NCBI RefSeq assembly: GCF_036321535.1
Contig: NC_087437.1
Location: 62,002,001 to 62,066,000 of the forward strand
DNA length: 64,000 nucleotides
Direction: 5' to 3'
Source of the DNA: Camelus dromedarius
Lineage: Eukaryota
Under the pieces are notes generated by a model. That model saw only the letters and a program-made list of their open reading frames with translations. It had not been told where the DNA came from and did not search any database. Shown piece after piece: positions 24,780 to 38,510 of this stretch (positions are counted from its first letter, which is position 1; every line of letters begins with the position of its first letter). A program made the translations under genes and the position numbers.

Positions 24780-27200
24780 CATTGATTTCTGAGTGGGTTT
24801 AAGAGTACTGATATGGTGACCTGTTTTGTTTCTTTTCTTTTCTTTTCTGTTTTTTTTTTTTTCTTTTGCAATGAAGAGAGCCTAGTAACTAGAAGACAAA
24901 GTTAGAAGGCTATGATAAAAGTGAAAGTATTGAGAATCTAAGTTGGGATGGTGGTAGTGGGAATAAAAGGAAAGGGAATTGATACAAGAATATTTCAAAG
25001 GATTGAAGGGTTTGATGGCAGATGGGCTTTTGGGAAACACTGGAGAAAAAGAAAAAGTTAAGGGAAACTCCAGAGCTTTTAACCTGGGTAACTATGAGAA
25101 TGGTGGTGCCATTAACAGAAATTATTGGATCAGTTAGCAGAATCATTTTGGTGGGGAAAAAATGGCTACTTTGGTTTTTAAGACACTGACCATTGTGTGA
25201 GGCACCAGTGGAAGTATCGAAGGGGAGTTACCTAGCTAGAGTTAAAAATACCGGATTCATCTGAAGAAAGAGGTCTAATAGAGATTTGGAAATACGTACA
25301 TAGAGTTAGTAATTGAAGCTACTAATACTAGATTTGATAGGGTGCTGAATGCTATGAAATTATTTGGACTAATCATTGAAGCAGTAATTGAAGAATTCAG
25401 TTTAAAAGAAATCATTATATATTCTAATTCTTCAGGATTAAATTAGATTGTAGCAGAAGGTGATGGTTTAAAGATTCTTTTGGGGAGCTGGGGGTATGAG
25501 GATAGAAAATGTAGAAGCAGTGGTAAGGGATGAGACCCTGAGGTAGAGAGAATTAGAAATAGCTCCAGGACAGAATTTGGGAAAATACCCACTATTTGGG
25601 CTAAGAAGAGGACTAGTAGTCTTTGGAGACAAAAGAAACAACTAGAGAGATCAGAGTACAATCTTGTGTTATAGTGATGTAAATCAAAGGAGGTAGTTCA
25701 AGTGTCCTTGCCAAAGAGAGGACAAGAACTTGGGTGGTGGGTCATAGGATTTGGTGCATCGAATTGTTTTTTTGGTCTGCAAGAGAGCAGTTCAGAGACC
25801 AGAGTGCATAGGGTTAAAGGACTGAGTGGGTTGGGAAAATATGGAATCATCGGCTCTAGGAATTGTATTAAGAAGTTTATTTTAAGAAGAAGGAACAACT
25901 CTTTTTTCAAAGCTGAAGGCAAGAAGTAACAGATGGATGAAGAGAAACAGCATTTTAGAAGCTATAAGAGGATTTGATTACAGGTGGAGAAGTTGTGATC
26001 TGAGGGAATTTTATGGAAGAGATTGAGTATTTGATGGGATTAAAGATTTAAATATGAAAATGATTTGGATTAGTTAATGAGATGGAGAGTTGTATTTAGA
26101 ATAAGTCAGTTGTAGAAGATTTCATAGCTTTCTGGTGGTGCTTAACACCCATTGTGTGGGTGTGGAAAAAAACAGTTGGTGGAGATTGTCTCTTCTTGGG
26201 GAGATGCATGGTTAATATAATGGGAGGTCATGATATTCTGGAGAGGACAGTATTAAAATTGCTGGTGGACAGATTTAAATTATGTAGGAAGATAACTGAA
26301 GCCAGAAGGAGGTGAAGAGCAGGTGTAGAGCTAGAAAATACAGTAGTTGTGGTTAAAAAAAATAAAAGGTCTCTGGAGTTACAATCCTAGTGGTACAGCA
26401 CTTCCAGTTGATGACCTGTTTTCAGTATGTATGTGTGGGTGGCTGAAATGCAGATGAAGGTTTTAGGAGATGAGGAAGGTCAGGGTGCAGAAAGTTCTTC
26501 AGCACCTCAGTCGCTGAGAATAATGGCTGAACATGGGACAAAGTAGAATTGACGTCTTTGGGAAGGGAAGGTGGAAGGGATCCTGGAGTTTGGTAGATGT
26601 TGCAGATGGAATGGTTTAAATGAGTAACGTGAACTACAAAGAGATTTTTTGGTGAAAGGAGAACAGCGAGAGTGACCTTGAGGAGCAAGAAGCAGCTGGT
26701 CCTTTATCAAGTTGAAGGAGTAGGAGAATGGATAGCTAAGTCATGAGAGAAGCGGCTTGTCCAGGAAACGGAAAGCCAAGCTGAGATAAGATGAGGAGGT
26801 ATCCTGACAAGGGTCGATAGTGATCTAAATTGTTGTGGCATGGGGATGGACTTCTTTAGATTTTTATAAATAAATTATACTTGCAAAATCATAACCACTC
26901 ATGTATAATATACTGAGATAAATTCAGCTGAGAGATATTTGTGGATTAGAAATTAGACAATGAAAGGAAAAAAGGGTGAGGTAGAGGTGTTCTAATGTGA
27001 AAGGCAAAAGACATAGGGTAGTTTGTTGACAGTAGAACATGAGCAAGCTGATAGGAGCTAGTAAATGGATAGAAATGAATGAGGAGGTTGGAGTTGACCC
27101 GAATAGGAATAAGGTAAGATGAAGAGGAGAGTCAGTAGCTTGTAGCAGAGAAAATACGGAGAAAACATAACCTAGGAAACAATGCCAGGACACTTCCTTC
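24780..27200 (-). mobile_element. Long degenerate LINE-2 remnant
   Basis: Purine-rich + strand. Antisense translations such as ISVNGTTILIVTQVKSSGVSL and LLLAPQGH resemble L2 ORF2 remnants. Boundaries approximate. Confidence 0.5.
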
Positions 27201-28133
27201 TCTGTGCATGTAAGGACAGTCCTTGCTTACCTATTATGTTAATATTAAAGGGATAGTACATCATGCATAACTTTCTTTTTTAAATAGCATGAATGATAGA
27301 GACACTGAGATCTTTGATCTCTACTTGAGTGCCTGAAAACTACATTAAACTTTGAATTGTGTGGTGGTAATTTGTATATGTAAAGAGGTTCAGGTAAAAA
27401 GTGGAATGAATGGGGTGGATGGTAGGAAGATGTCTTAAGGGATCTAAAATGGTTTCTGTAGTTTTTTTTTTTTTTTTGTCTATGGCTGATATCATATTTC
27501 TTAGTGTTCTTAGGAGGCTGGTCTGCTCTGTCTTCTTATTTCATTTGTTACCTATATACAGGTGACTTCCAGGTATATGGTTTTAAATATGCTTTTTTCT
27601 TGTCTTATTTCTAGTTATTTATCATTTATTGAACATCTCTAAAGGAGAAATCTTGCCAGTTCCAAAACAAAATATAGCTAAAACTGAAACATTGCTTCTT
27701 TTTTTGTTTAGTTTTTAAATCTTCAGTATTATGACCTCAGGGTTTGAAACCATCATCTTCCATTGATGATATTTAAGACCTATACCAGGCCTCTTTTCTT
27801 GGCTTGTATCTCTGCTTTCAAACTTTTGCTTGTCCAGTTATACAGTAGTATTGATTTTTGTCAGACTTTGTCTTCTGTCAACTTTTCCCTTGTACTATCA
27901 AAGACTTAACTCTGAAGTGCTTACCTAACTGCTTTTTGGAATTCTCCATTAGTGCCTTGCTGTGGTCCCAGCAGCTGACATTTTAAACTGTTAAAGGGGA
28001 AAATGCTGCACGCTTCAAATCCTTCGTATTTGCATTATATTCCTCACATGATTAACTAACTCTTTCAACCTCTGAGCAAAGAATACTTACTGATCCTCCC
28101 TGTTCAGATCGGGGTTTTTGATGTTACTTCATG

Positions 28134-28135
<2 letters not shown>

Positions 28136-28166
<31 letters not shown>
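28136..28166. repeat. (GA)15 microsatellite
   Basis: Directly visible. Confidence 0.95.
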
Positions 28167-28168
<2 letters not shown>

Positions 28169-29449
28169 ATATTTAGTGACAGTAATATGGGAAAGCAAAA
28201 AATAAATAGTATTGTGTTCCTTCCTAGTGCAGCTTTGCTTCAGAATTAATTCCAGAATCTAGCCCTGGGTCATTCACCATTTTTTTTCCTCCCTTACTTC
28301 TACATTTATTCAGTCAACAAATTTAATAATGAAGGACCTTTGGAGACTATCCAGAGCTTTGAAGGCCTAAAGTTGCCCAGGGAGGCCACGTTGCCCAACT
28401 CACAACTTAGCTGTCATCTGCCTGATTTGATCTAGAATTGTTTCTGGGACCAGCCTTGGACATTGCTGGGCCTTGGCATGTGGGGGTATATTCTGAATAT
28501 TTGAATGGATTGTGTGGGTTAGACTAATGATAGATACTTTAAGGAACGTGTTAGGAATGATTATAGTAGAAATGGAGACAGTATGTTTTAAGTGATACAT
28601 TAATTTAACATAGGTAAATAACTTCAAAAGATAGGGATTGGATGCCTGAAAATCTTGGTTGGTGTGGAGTTTTCCTTGTAAATTTGAGAAGAGCCAATAT
28701 CCAAGGGATTGGAATGAAATACACACTTGATGTTTTGCAGGGTCCCCTCTATACTTGTTAACACGTATATATACACCTGCATGTAATGTAGACATATATA
28801 TATGTATATATATAATGGTAGAGATAATGTGTTAATTTGATTAGGTTCTGTAATTAGAGTCTTTAGTTATGAATGATACAAGTGAATTGGTAGAGAATAT
28901 TTGAAAAGATCGTTTTAAGTTGTTGGGGGTAGGTTTAGGAAATAGATTTTTCAGTGACTGGTGGCCTCTCTGGAATAGGTTCACAAAATTTGAGGGCAGT
29001 TTAGGGCAAATTTGTGTGTTAAGTTGGAGAGCGTTAGCTTTGAGGGAATGAGAGAACAGACAGAAAATGCAGTGTTTGAGAGTTACTTATGAATTGGTTT
29101 GGTAGGCACTGATAAAAATTAGAAAAGTGGCGAGGTTTTGTATAGGTAAGTGGGAGATGGAAGGGACTTAATGAGGAAGCTTGTTACTATTAGAAAAGTA
29201 AATTTCAAAAGAGTAAAATTGCAAAGACGGTTTAGGGCAAATTATTTTTGGGGGAAAATGCAGCTGTTAGGTTAAAAACAGGCAAGGGGAAAACTAAAAT
29301 GAGTAAACTAAGGTGTGGAGAAGTAAGAGCAAGGTTTAAAGAAGAGGTTACTGAAAGATTTCTTATTCTAAGGAGTGCCATGTTGGATACTACTTTTGAT
29401 TAGTGGTTCATTAAGGAAAGGGGTTTAACATCTTATAGTTTTATGTCTT

Positions 29450-30055
29450 AAGAGACCCGGGGAGTAGGAGTCCTCCTGTTCCTGGGCTTTGGGAGCGCAG
29501 GCCTGCCGGGGCGGGATTTTGCCGGCGCTTGGCTCGGCGGCGGGCGGAGCAGCGGCGCGGAGCTGCGCGGGTGGTGGGCCCTGAGCCGCTGCAGCCGCCC
29601 GCAGACGCAGCGGATCACAGCCGGATTGGGTCGGCCGGTGGGCCGCGAACATCCGCGCACCCATGGGCCCTCGCGGGGCGCTGCAGTAAGTCAGCAGGCC
29701 CGGGGCGGCGCGCGGGGGCCGGGAGGAGGAGCTTTCCGGAGCGCCGGAGCAAACCTCCGCACGCGGCTCGCACGGCTTCCTTTTGTTGTGTGTACGTGTG
29801 TGAGTGTGCGCACGCGTGCGTGAGTGCCCCCGCGTGCGAGGAGGCGGCGGCGAAGCGCCGAGAAGCCGGGGCTTTTCCTACCCGAGTGGCTGGCGCGCCC
29901 GTGCCTCGGCGGGCGGTGGGGCCTTCCAGACACGCGTCTTCCGGGTCGGGGCCCGCGGCGCAGTCGGGGCCCCTTCCCCCAGCGGGATGGCAAACTTTGT
30001 GAGTGGCTTCTCCGCGGCTAAGAAGTGTCTGCCTGACAGCGGGGGCCGACGAACA
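29450..30055 (+). promoter_or_regulatory. ZNF148: Second (intronic) CpG island; probable alternative ZNF148 promoter and first exon
   Basis: About 600 bp of dense CpG in an AT-rich intron. GC/E2F-like ggggcgggattt (29507-29520), ATTGG (29625-29629), NRF1-like tgcgcacgcg (29807-29816). Consensus donors GCA|GTAAGT (29686) and TTT|GTGAGT (29999). Confidence 0.7.
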
Positions 30056-31482
30056 TTAATTGACACCCTCCTTTCCGTCCTGACCCTGTTTTTGTCAAAT
30101 CTTACATTGGACTGTATTGTGTTTACAGTTTTATGGTGTGCGAAAAGGTCAGACGGGTAACTTGGTCTACTAGGCAGTTTTTTTAACTTGGTGTCAAGAG
30201 CCAGAAGTGTACGCTTGTATCCGTGTACTGGTTGCGCTATTAGAACCTGCATGTTTAGTGGTAAAAACAATCCTAAGGCCTTTCCAGAATTAGGCTATAG
30301 GGCAAACTTTTGCTCTCCAGACTTCGTGAAGCACTTTTTACAGTGCCAGAAAAGAACTACTTGTGTAACAGATTAAAAACTAGAGTTAGGAAATGCAAAA
30401 GTTAAAAGCCCTTCCCAAGAGCTTTAATTAAAAACAGCATTTTTGTTTGTTTGTTTTACGTAATTATCATTAGTGTAATTTGCATATGAAGGTTTGCACA
30501 ATTGGGCATGATGTGATTTTAAAAAAGAATATTTATTAATTTTATCAAGGGCAGTGGTAAAGGCACCACACAGTTTTGAAATTTCAAGTATGTTAAATGT
30601 TTCTATAAATAAAATTCTATTCAGATTTTTAGATTTAATAAATCTAAAAATACGTTTGCAGTTGTCCTTTGGGTGCAGGAGGAAGTCCTGGGTTTCTCAG
30701 TGCTTGTTTCTGGGCAGATTTTCAGTATTGTCAGCTTGATATGGGTGTAGAACCTTAACCTGAGTGAATAATTTGTTTGAGATTACCAGTCTGTTTGCAG
30801 CTGGGAATAGCCTCTGGGTCTCTTATTCCCAATCTGGTGACCTGTCCAAGAATAGACTAAGGAAACTGGGTATTTGTCTATTTGGTGGAAAATATGGCTG
30901 AGTTGATTTTATAGTGAGTATTAAAGAGCCAGAAAGTCAATGTGAGAAGATTTAATCACTTTTGTAACATTTAGATGTATGTAGTTTCTCCACTTTCAAT
31001 GTCTTTAGCCTTTCTTTAAATACATAAAAGACTGGAGGATATTCCTCAGTGTTACTTTTCATGGTATTTGTAGCACATTTTCATTTGATTAAAACAGAGA
31101 GATGCTTATTGTATTTAACTGTGGGTGGATGTGTTTTTTGTGTGGGTATTCTTAGTGGTTAAAGAATAGCTGGTAACTTGAGAATGTTTAGCCTCCTCCC
31201 AGTCGCTGGAGAGAAGAGGAATTATGTTAACTTCATTAATTTCTGATTAAAAAACCTTTGGCTGTCTTTACTGAAGATGCTTACGAAGTTAACAGATGGA
31301 ATACCTGTGAATTTTCTCTTCAGCTTAATGTACTGGTATTCTCATTCTTGTTACTATATTAGCTGTGCTTTGTTTTGTTCATTCCTAGCGTTTCTTGTGC
31401 CTTTCTTCCTATGTCACAAAAACAAAAACTGTCTCTCTTTCCCGTTTCCATTTCCAAAGAACCCTGGGAGTTTTAAATCTAA

Positions 31483-31660
31483 CAGCAAAGATTCTCCACC
31501 AGAGGTGATTTTGGCATTGTCTGGAGACATTGGTTGTCATGCTGTGGTATCTTACTGGTATCTAGTGGTTAAATGCCAAACACTTCACTGCATATGATAT
31601 CCCCCCAACAAAGAATTACCCAGTGCAAAGTATCAGTAGTGTTGATATGGAGAAGACCTG
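31483..31660 (+). mobile_element. MER20-like hAT-Charlie MITE
   Basis: ttggcattgtctggagacattggttgtca...tactggtatctagtgg...ccccaacaaagaattaccc...ggagaagacctg matches the recalled MER20 consensus. Confidence 0.8.
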
Positions 31661-32591
31661 GTTTTAGTATATTGAGAGTAGTATTCTGCATATGAAAGGT
31701 GTTTATAATGTAATTGGCCTCTCTGTATTGTATCTATTATAAATATTTTCCCAAAGTTGTCATTAGAAGGGCCATGGGTCAAAGATTATGAAGTCTGTTT
31801 CAGGGCAGTAGTACATAGGATTTTGGAGCTGGAAGATTAACAAGATTACTCTTTCAGTATGTAGATAAAGAAACAGTTTCCGAGAAATTGTGACTTACCC
31901 AAGTTCCTACAGATAATGCAGAGCTCAGGTCTCTTGTTATTTCTATTATAATTTAATTTTAATTCACTTATTTAATTAAAATTAGTTTTAATTACTGAGG
32001 GAAATGATATTTTATCAACTTTGCTTGATAAATTTAAATAATTGAGCTAAAATTTTAAAATGGCATTGTGAGAGTCTTATAGTCAGTGAATTGTTACTTT
32101 TTCAGATATTGCATGTGTTTGTTGAATTCTTCAGCATGACTTTGTAACTGTTGTAAACTTTTCAGCATCTGCTTTTTGAGAAAAGTTTGAAAAATTAAAA
32201 AAGACCATATACAATTGAAAAAAAAATCAATTTGGAGTTAATTGTGATACCGTAGGCAACATTGCAAATGCAAACCCAAGTGGAATTGTTAAAACATCTT
32301 AGGGTATCTTGAGCTTAGACATCTGTTCTGTTTTGTGAGGATCACTATGGTCAGTTATTGTGCTGGTTGTAAATCTTTTCTAGCAATATTCTTTTGGTTA
32401 ATTTTAGAAAAATATATTAGAACTTTCAGGTGAAATGTAACTGGGTGAAATATAAATTGGGTATTTAGAGGAAATATTTTCAAATTAAGCTCTGTGTTGT
32501 GAGAGGAAGAAATATCAATAGAGTTCTTTTTAAGTTAAAATTTTTTTTTTCTGTGGTACTACTTTTAAAAAATGAGTGAAACAATAGGACA

Positions 32592-33439
32592 ACAAATCAA
32601 AACTACAATGAGGTATCACCTGACACCAGTCAGAATGGCCGTCATTCAAAAATCCGCAAACGATAAATGCTGGAGAGGCTGTGGAGAAAAGGAACCCTCC
32701 TACATTGCTGGTGGGAATGTAGTTTGGTGCAGCCATTATGGAAAACAGTATGGAGATTCCTCAAAAAAACTAAAATAGACTTACCATATGATCCAGCAAT
32801 CCCACTCTTGGGCATATATCCAGAGGGAACTTTAATTAGAAAAGACACATGTACCCCAGTGTTCATGGCAGCACTATAGACAGTAGCCAAGACATGGAAG
32901 CAACCTAAATGTTCATCAGCAGATGACTGGATAAAGGCGTTGTGGTATGTTTATACAATGGAATACTATTTAGCCATAAAAGAATAAAATAATGCCATTT
33001 GCAGCAACATGGATGGAACTAGAGATCATCATTTTAAGTGAAGTAAGCCAGAAAGAGAGAGAAAAATACCATATGATATTACTTATATGTGGAATCTAAA
33101 AAAAGAAAGAAAGAAAGAAAAAATGGTCACTATGAACTCATCTACAAAAAGAAACAGACTCGCAGACATAGTAAACAATCTTGTTACCGGGGAAAGGGGG
33201 TGGGAAGGGATAAATTCAGGAGTTTGAGATTTGCAAATGTTAGCTGCTATATATAAAAACAGATTAAAAAAAAAGCCAAGTTTCTTCTGTATAGCACAGG
33301 GAATTTTTCAATATTTTATAATAATCTGTAATGACAAAGAATATGAAAATGAATGTATGTATGTATATGCATGCCTGGGACATTGTGCTGTATACCAGAA
33401 ATTGACACATTGTAATTGACTGTACTTCAATTTAAAAAA
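32592..33439 (+). mobile_element. Young 5'-truncated LINE-1, sense to ZNF148
   Basis: ORF2 C-terminus [33 protein letters not shown] / [24 protein letters not shown]...[14 protein letters not shown], then the same 3'UTR as 11263-12260 and an A tail. Confidence 0.92.
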
Positions 33440-33749
33440 GTTGGACAAAAGACCATATGAGCAAAAATTTCTTCAAAAATTGTTTTATACAGGAAATTAT
33501 TTTATAGAAAAATTTTAAATGTGTATTAGCAAAAAGAAAAAATCATTAACTGGAAGAAGTTGCTATTAGTGTTTTGATATATGGCATTCTTGTATTTTTG
33601 TTAACCTTTTACAATGAAAAATTTAAATAGATAAAAAAATACAATGGTATTACGAACTTCTGTATACCAATAACCTAACTTCAGTAGTTAGTAGTTAATG
33701 GACAGTCCTGTTTCATCTGTATCTCTGCCCCCATCTCATACAAGGTTTT

Positions 33750-36700
33750 AAAAACCTTTATTGTGAAATAATTATAGACTTACAGGAAGTTACAAAAATG
33801 GTAGAGTCCTATGTGTCCTTTACATAGCTTCCCCTCCAGTGGTGACATCTTATAAAGCTCTAAAAAGACATCAAAACTAGGAAATTGACTTTAGTATATT
33901 ACTGTTAGCTAAATTGCCCATCAGTTTTCACCATTTTAAAAATCCTAATTCATTTGTGTATTTATACTTCTATGTGATTTTTCTTGAATATATAAATTCA
34001 TGTGACTACCATAACGGCAAAGATACAGAACTGTTCTACTACCACAAAGAAAACCCCTATTGCTACTCTTTATATTCGTACCCTACCCCAAAATCCCTCC
34101 CTGTTCCCTGGTGACCTATTTTCCATCTCTAGATTAATATAATGATATATTAATACATATTTTGTTTAACCATTCACCTGTTGAAGGACTTCTGGTATAT
34201 TCAGTATTTTTCTATTAATAGTAAAGTGGTTATGAACATTCATGTACAGGATTTTGTGTACAGTTCTCTGAGATAAATGCCTAAGATTGAGCTCCCTGGG
34301 TTGAATGGCAAGGGCATGTTTTGTTTTATAAGAACCTTCCAAATTGTTTTTCAGTGTGATGTACCATCTTACATTCCTATCAGCAATGTATGAGAGATCT
34401 GTTTTTTTTTTTTTGCATCCTTGCCAGCATTTGTTATTATTGCTATTTTTTATTTTAGCTGTTTTAATAGGTATTAGTGATATCTTATTGTAGTTTTAAT
34501 TTGCATTCCCTAATGGCTAATAATATTAAATATCTTTGTATATATTATTTGTTGTCCATTCGTGTCTTTTGCTTGTTTTTTAATCAGAATTTTTTTTTTA
34601 CTGTTAAGTTTTGAGAGCTTCATATATTCTAGATATAAGACCTTTGTCAGATATATGGTTTGCAGACATTTTTTCTTACTCTGTAGCTGAGATAAGCTGT
34701 ATCTTTTTAAGAAGGTTTTCACCAGGTACTTGTTTTTGATTTTGATAAAGTTTGGTTTATTTTCTTTATGGAACATGCTTTTGGTGCCAAGCCCAAGGAC
34801 TCTTTTCTATCAATCCTCAAGGTGCTCCTCTTTTTCTTCTTAAAATTCTGTAGTTTATGTTTTATATTTACATTCATGATCCATTGTGAATTAATTTTTG
34901 TATGTAGTTGTGAGGTTTAGGTCTAGACTTTTGGGGGGAGGGTGGGGGGGCTATGAATGTCCAATTGTTCCAGCACTATTTGTTGAAAAGACTATCCTAC
35001 CTCCATTGAATGATTTTTGCCCCTTTGTCTTTTAAGAATTCATTTTTCTTTAGTGGTTATAGAACTATTTAGATTATTGATTTCATCTTGGTTTAGTTTC
35101 GGTAGTGTGATTTTGAGAAATTGGTTCATTTCTTCTAAGTGTTCAGTTTAAAAGTGTAAAGTTATTTTGTAGTATTCTCTTAGTATCTTTTTAAGTGCTG
35201 CAAGATCTTAGTGATACACTTACTTCAGTCTTAGTGTTGGTGATTTGTGTCTTTTTATTTTTGTTAGTCATGTTAGAGGCTTACAGATTTTTTTCTTTGT
35301 TGATTTTCTGTATTTTCCTATTTTTAATTTCATTGATTTCTGCTCCTGTTTCCTTTCTATTGCTTACTTTGGGTTTATATTTTGCACTTTTTTTTTTTTT
35401 TAAGTTTCTTGTGGTAAGTAATGAAGTTACTGATTTTGGATCTTTTCTAATTAAGCATTTAGTGCTATAAATTTACTCCTAGCTACTGCTTTAGCTGCAT
35501 CCCATATTTTTTAACATTGTTTTCATTTTTATGTATATATTTAAATTTTTTTCTCTTTGAGATTTCCTCTTTGACCTATGGACTTTTAAAAAGTGTGTTT
35601 ATCCTTGTGTGTTCAGAGATTTTTCAGTTGTCTTTCTGTTACTAATTTCTAGTTTGAGTCCGTTGTGGTCAAAAAATGTACTTTGTATTATTTTAGTTCT
35701 TTTAGACTTGCTGAGGTTTGTTTTATGGCCCAGAATATGATCTGTCTTGGTGAGTGTTCTAGGGGTGCTTGAAAAGAAATATGTATTCTGCTGTTGTTGG
35801 GTGTAGTCGTCTGTATACATCAAGCTGACCCTGTCAGTTGGTTGTTAATAGTGTAGCCTTTCTGCTTAAAAAATAAATATTCTCATAGCTTTTCCATTCT
35901 TCTTCTTTCAATGTGTGTTACTAATTTTATAGTTAGCAGCATATAGCCATTTAAAAAATTCCGCTCTGCCAGTCTTTCTTGATTGGTCTATTTAGACCAG
36001 CTGCACTTATGGTAATTATTGATATATATTAACATTTAAGTCTGTCATTTTATTATTTATGTTTTGTTTATTTTCTCTGATTTTCATTTTTTGTTCTTTT
36101 TCTTGCCTTCCTGTAGATTATGAGAACATTTTTTAGGATTCCATCTTCTGTAATTTGTGAAAGATTTATAATGTTTCTAAGTCTGTCTTGCTATAGTTTT
36201 TGTAGTGGTGGTTGTAGTTATTACTTAATGTATATGTGACTTATAACAGTCTCCTGGTATCAGTATTTTCTATTTCGACTCAAGTGTGGTAACTTCACTT
36301 CTCTTTTACCTTTACTTTCTTGACTTTTAAATATAATTGTTTTTAGTATTAGTAGTATAATTTTTTTTTCAGTCATTAAATGTCATCTGTAAAACTAATG
36401 ATGGAAAAATAGTCTGTTATGTATATCCATATTTCTATTCTTTTTCTTGTTTGGAAAACTTTAGCCAGTCTTTACAGGTAGGATTGCTTGTGGCATATTC
36501 TTTTAGTTTTTCTTCTTTTGAGGATGTTTTGAATTTTTCTTCCTTTGTTCCTTGCTGTGACCTGAATGTATTCCCCTAAAATTTAAATGTTGAAATCCTA
36601 ATGCCCCATGTAATGGTATTTTGGAGTTGGGTCCTTTGGAAGGTTGTTAGATCATGAGTGGGGAGCCCTCATGAATGGGATTAGTGCTGTTACAAAAGAG

Positions 36701-38510
36701 GCCCCCAAGAAGGCTCACTTGTCCCTTTTCTGCCATATGAGAATACAAAGAGAAGTCTGCAACCTGGAAGAGATGCTATGCTGGCACCCTGATCTTGAAC
36801 TTCTAGCCTCCATAACTGTGAGAAGTAAATTTCTGTTGTTTATAAACCACCCGTTCTGTGGTATTTTGTTATAGCAGCCTGAACAGACTAAGACATTCCT
36901 GAAGAGTAGTTTCAGTGGGTATAGAATTCTTGGTTGGTAGTGTACCCCCCCACCATTATTTAAAATACATTCTGCCACTATTTTTGGCCTCTATATTTGG
37001 GATGAGAAATCTGGTGTTATTTTAATTGCGGTTCCGTAACAGATAATACATTGTTTCTGTCTGGCCACCTTCATAGTTTTTTCTTTGTTTTTTTAGTTCT
37101 TGAGCATTTAGCTATGGTGTGTCCTGGTGTAAATTTATTTGGGTTTATCTTGTTTGGGGTTTGCTCAGTGTTTTGGATCTGTAAGTTTGTATTTGTCACA
37201 GTTGAGAAATTTTCAGCCATCATTTCTTCAAATACTGTATCGTCCCCTCTCTCTTCTTTCTGGGACTCCAGTGATATTAACATTGGATCTTTTGTTACTG
37301 CCCCACAGTTCTCTAAGACTCTTAGTTTTTTTTTTTTTTTTTTTTTTCAGTCTTTGTTTTTCAGATTGGGCTAATTCTATTTTTCTATCCTCAAATTCAG
37401 TGATTCTCACCCCTGCTAACTCCATGTTTGTATTGAGCCTATCCAGCAAGTTTTAAAGTTTCTGTTATTGTAATTTTAGTTCTGTTACTTCCTTTTGCTT
37501 CTTTTTTTATAACTTCTCTTTCTTTGCTAAGATTTTCCATTTTTTCACTTATTTTGGGAGAATTTATAATTGCTGAAACATTTTGTATTATGGTACTTTA
37601 GAATTTTTAAAAAATAGTTACAGCATCTGATTCATCTCTGTATTGGCCTTGGTTGATTATCTTTTCTCACTCATGTTGTGATTTTCTTATGTCATTTTCT
37701 ATGTTATATATTATGTTAGGAAGCTGTGGGCCCTTAATATTTTTAATTTTAGCATGCAGTCACCCTATTTAGGTTTAGCATGCAGGTCTTGGCTCACTTT
37801 TGTGAGCTTTGGTTCTAATGGCAGTTTAATTTTCAGAGCCTTTGTGGTTGACTTGATTTATCTGATGCTGCTGGGGCTCCCACTGGTCCTTCCTGGTTCT
37901 GCCTGAGGGAGTAGAAGGCATTTTTCCCTACCAAGCTCCTGGATGTCTCTTCAAGAGAGAGGATTATTGTGGGATCCTCCTACTGGTACCCATCCTCATC
38001 CTCCGATTCTTCCTTGTCCCTTTGTTTCTGGGTGAGGAAGGAGAATCTTGGCCCAAACAGCTGCTTGTTGGCCAAGTTGGGTCCCTGAGTTTTGCCCATT
38101 TGTCTCTGTATTTCTAGGTGGAAAACGGAAGTTTCAGGTCACGTGAGGAAGGAAGAGTTGCTTCTCCTGGTCTTTGTTTTTGGCTGGGCTTCCAGTTGAT
38201 CTTCTTGCTTAATACTGCACAGAGACTCCTTTTTAATTTCGGGGAGGAGTGTGGCTCTTGTTTACCTTCTGTTGCTGAATTGGTGGTCGGGAAATGCCAG
38301 TCTGGATTGCCGCCTTCTGATGGGTGTTGGGATATAAAACACTCTCCTGCTTTTCTGTTTCTCTCTTGGAGTCCCAAACTGTTTAGCTTCCTTCTTACCA
38401 ATTTTCATAATTTTCTTTTGGTTGTCCCTTGTGTTATTTCCATGGTTTATACTTGTGCTTGGTGAAGAGGGGCAGGGAAAAACAGATTTAGGCCTTCTTA
38501 TCTAGACTGG
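33750..38510 (-). mobile_element. Old, internally deleted near-full-length LINE-1 (L1MC/L1MD-like)
   Basis: 3'UTR about 33750-34250. ORF2 endonuclease remnant TYFFSSTPRTLTKTDHILGHKTNLSKSKRTKIIQSTFFDHNGLKLEI (35599-35823). ORF1 remnants RELWGSNKRSNVNITGVPE and FEEMMAENFS...QTPNKIN (37071-37449). Probable 5'UTR to about 38500. Confidence 0.8.
36553..36895 (+). mobile_element. MLT1A-like MaLR solo LTR nested in the L1
   Basis: TG...CA ends, 343 bp. Motifs gccctcatgaatgggattagtgc and aaatttctgttgtttataa...tattttgttatagcagcctgaacagactaagaca. Perfect 5-bp TSD ttcct (36548-36552 / 36896-36900). Confidence 0.9.

Noticed and set aside
28999..29243. Direct repeat gtttagggcaaatt at 28999 and 29230
   Set aside because: Only two copies in skewed G/A/T-rich sequence; no element structure or telomeric array between them.
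29425..30270. Overlapping ORFs up to 157 aa in the second island
   Set aside because: Same GC-composition artefact, mostly non-ATG starts, no recognisable homology.
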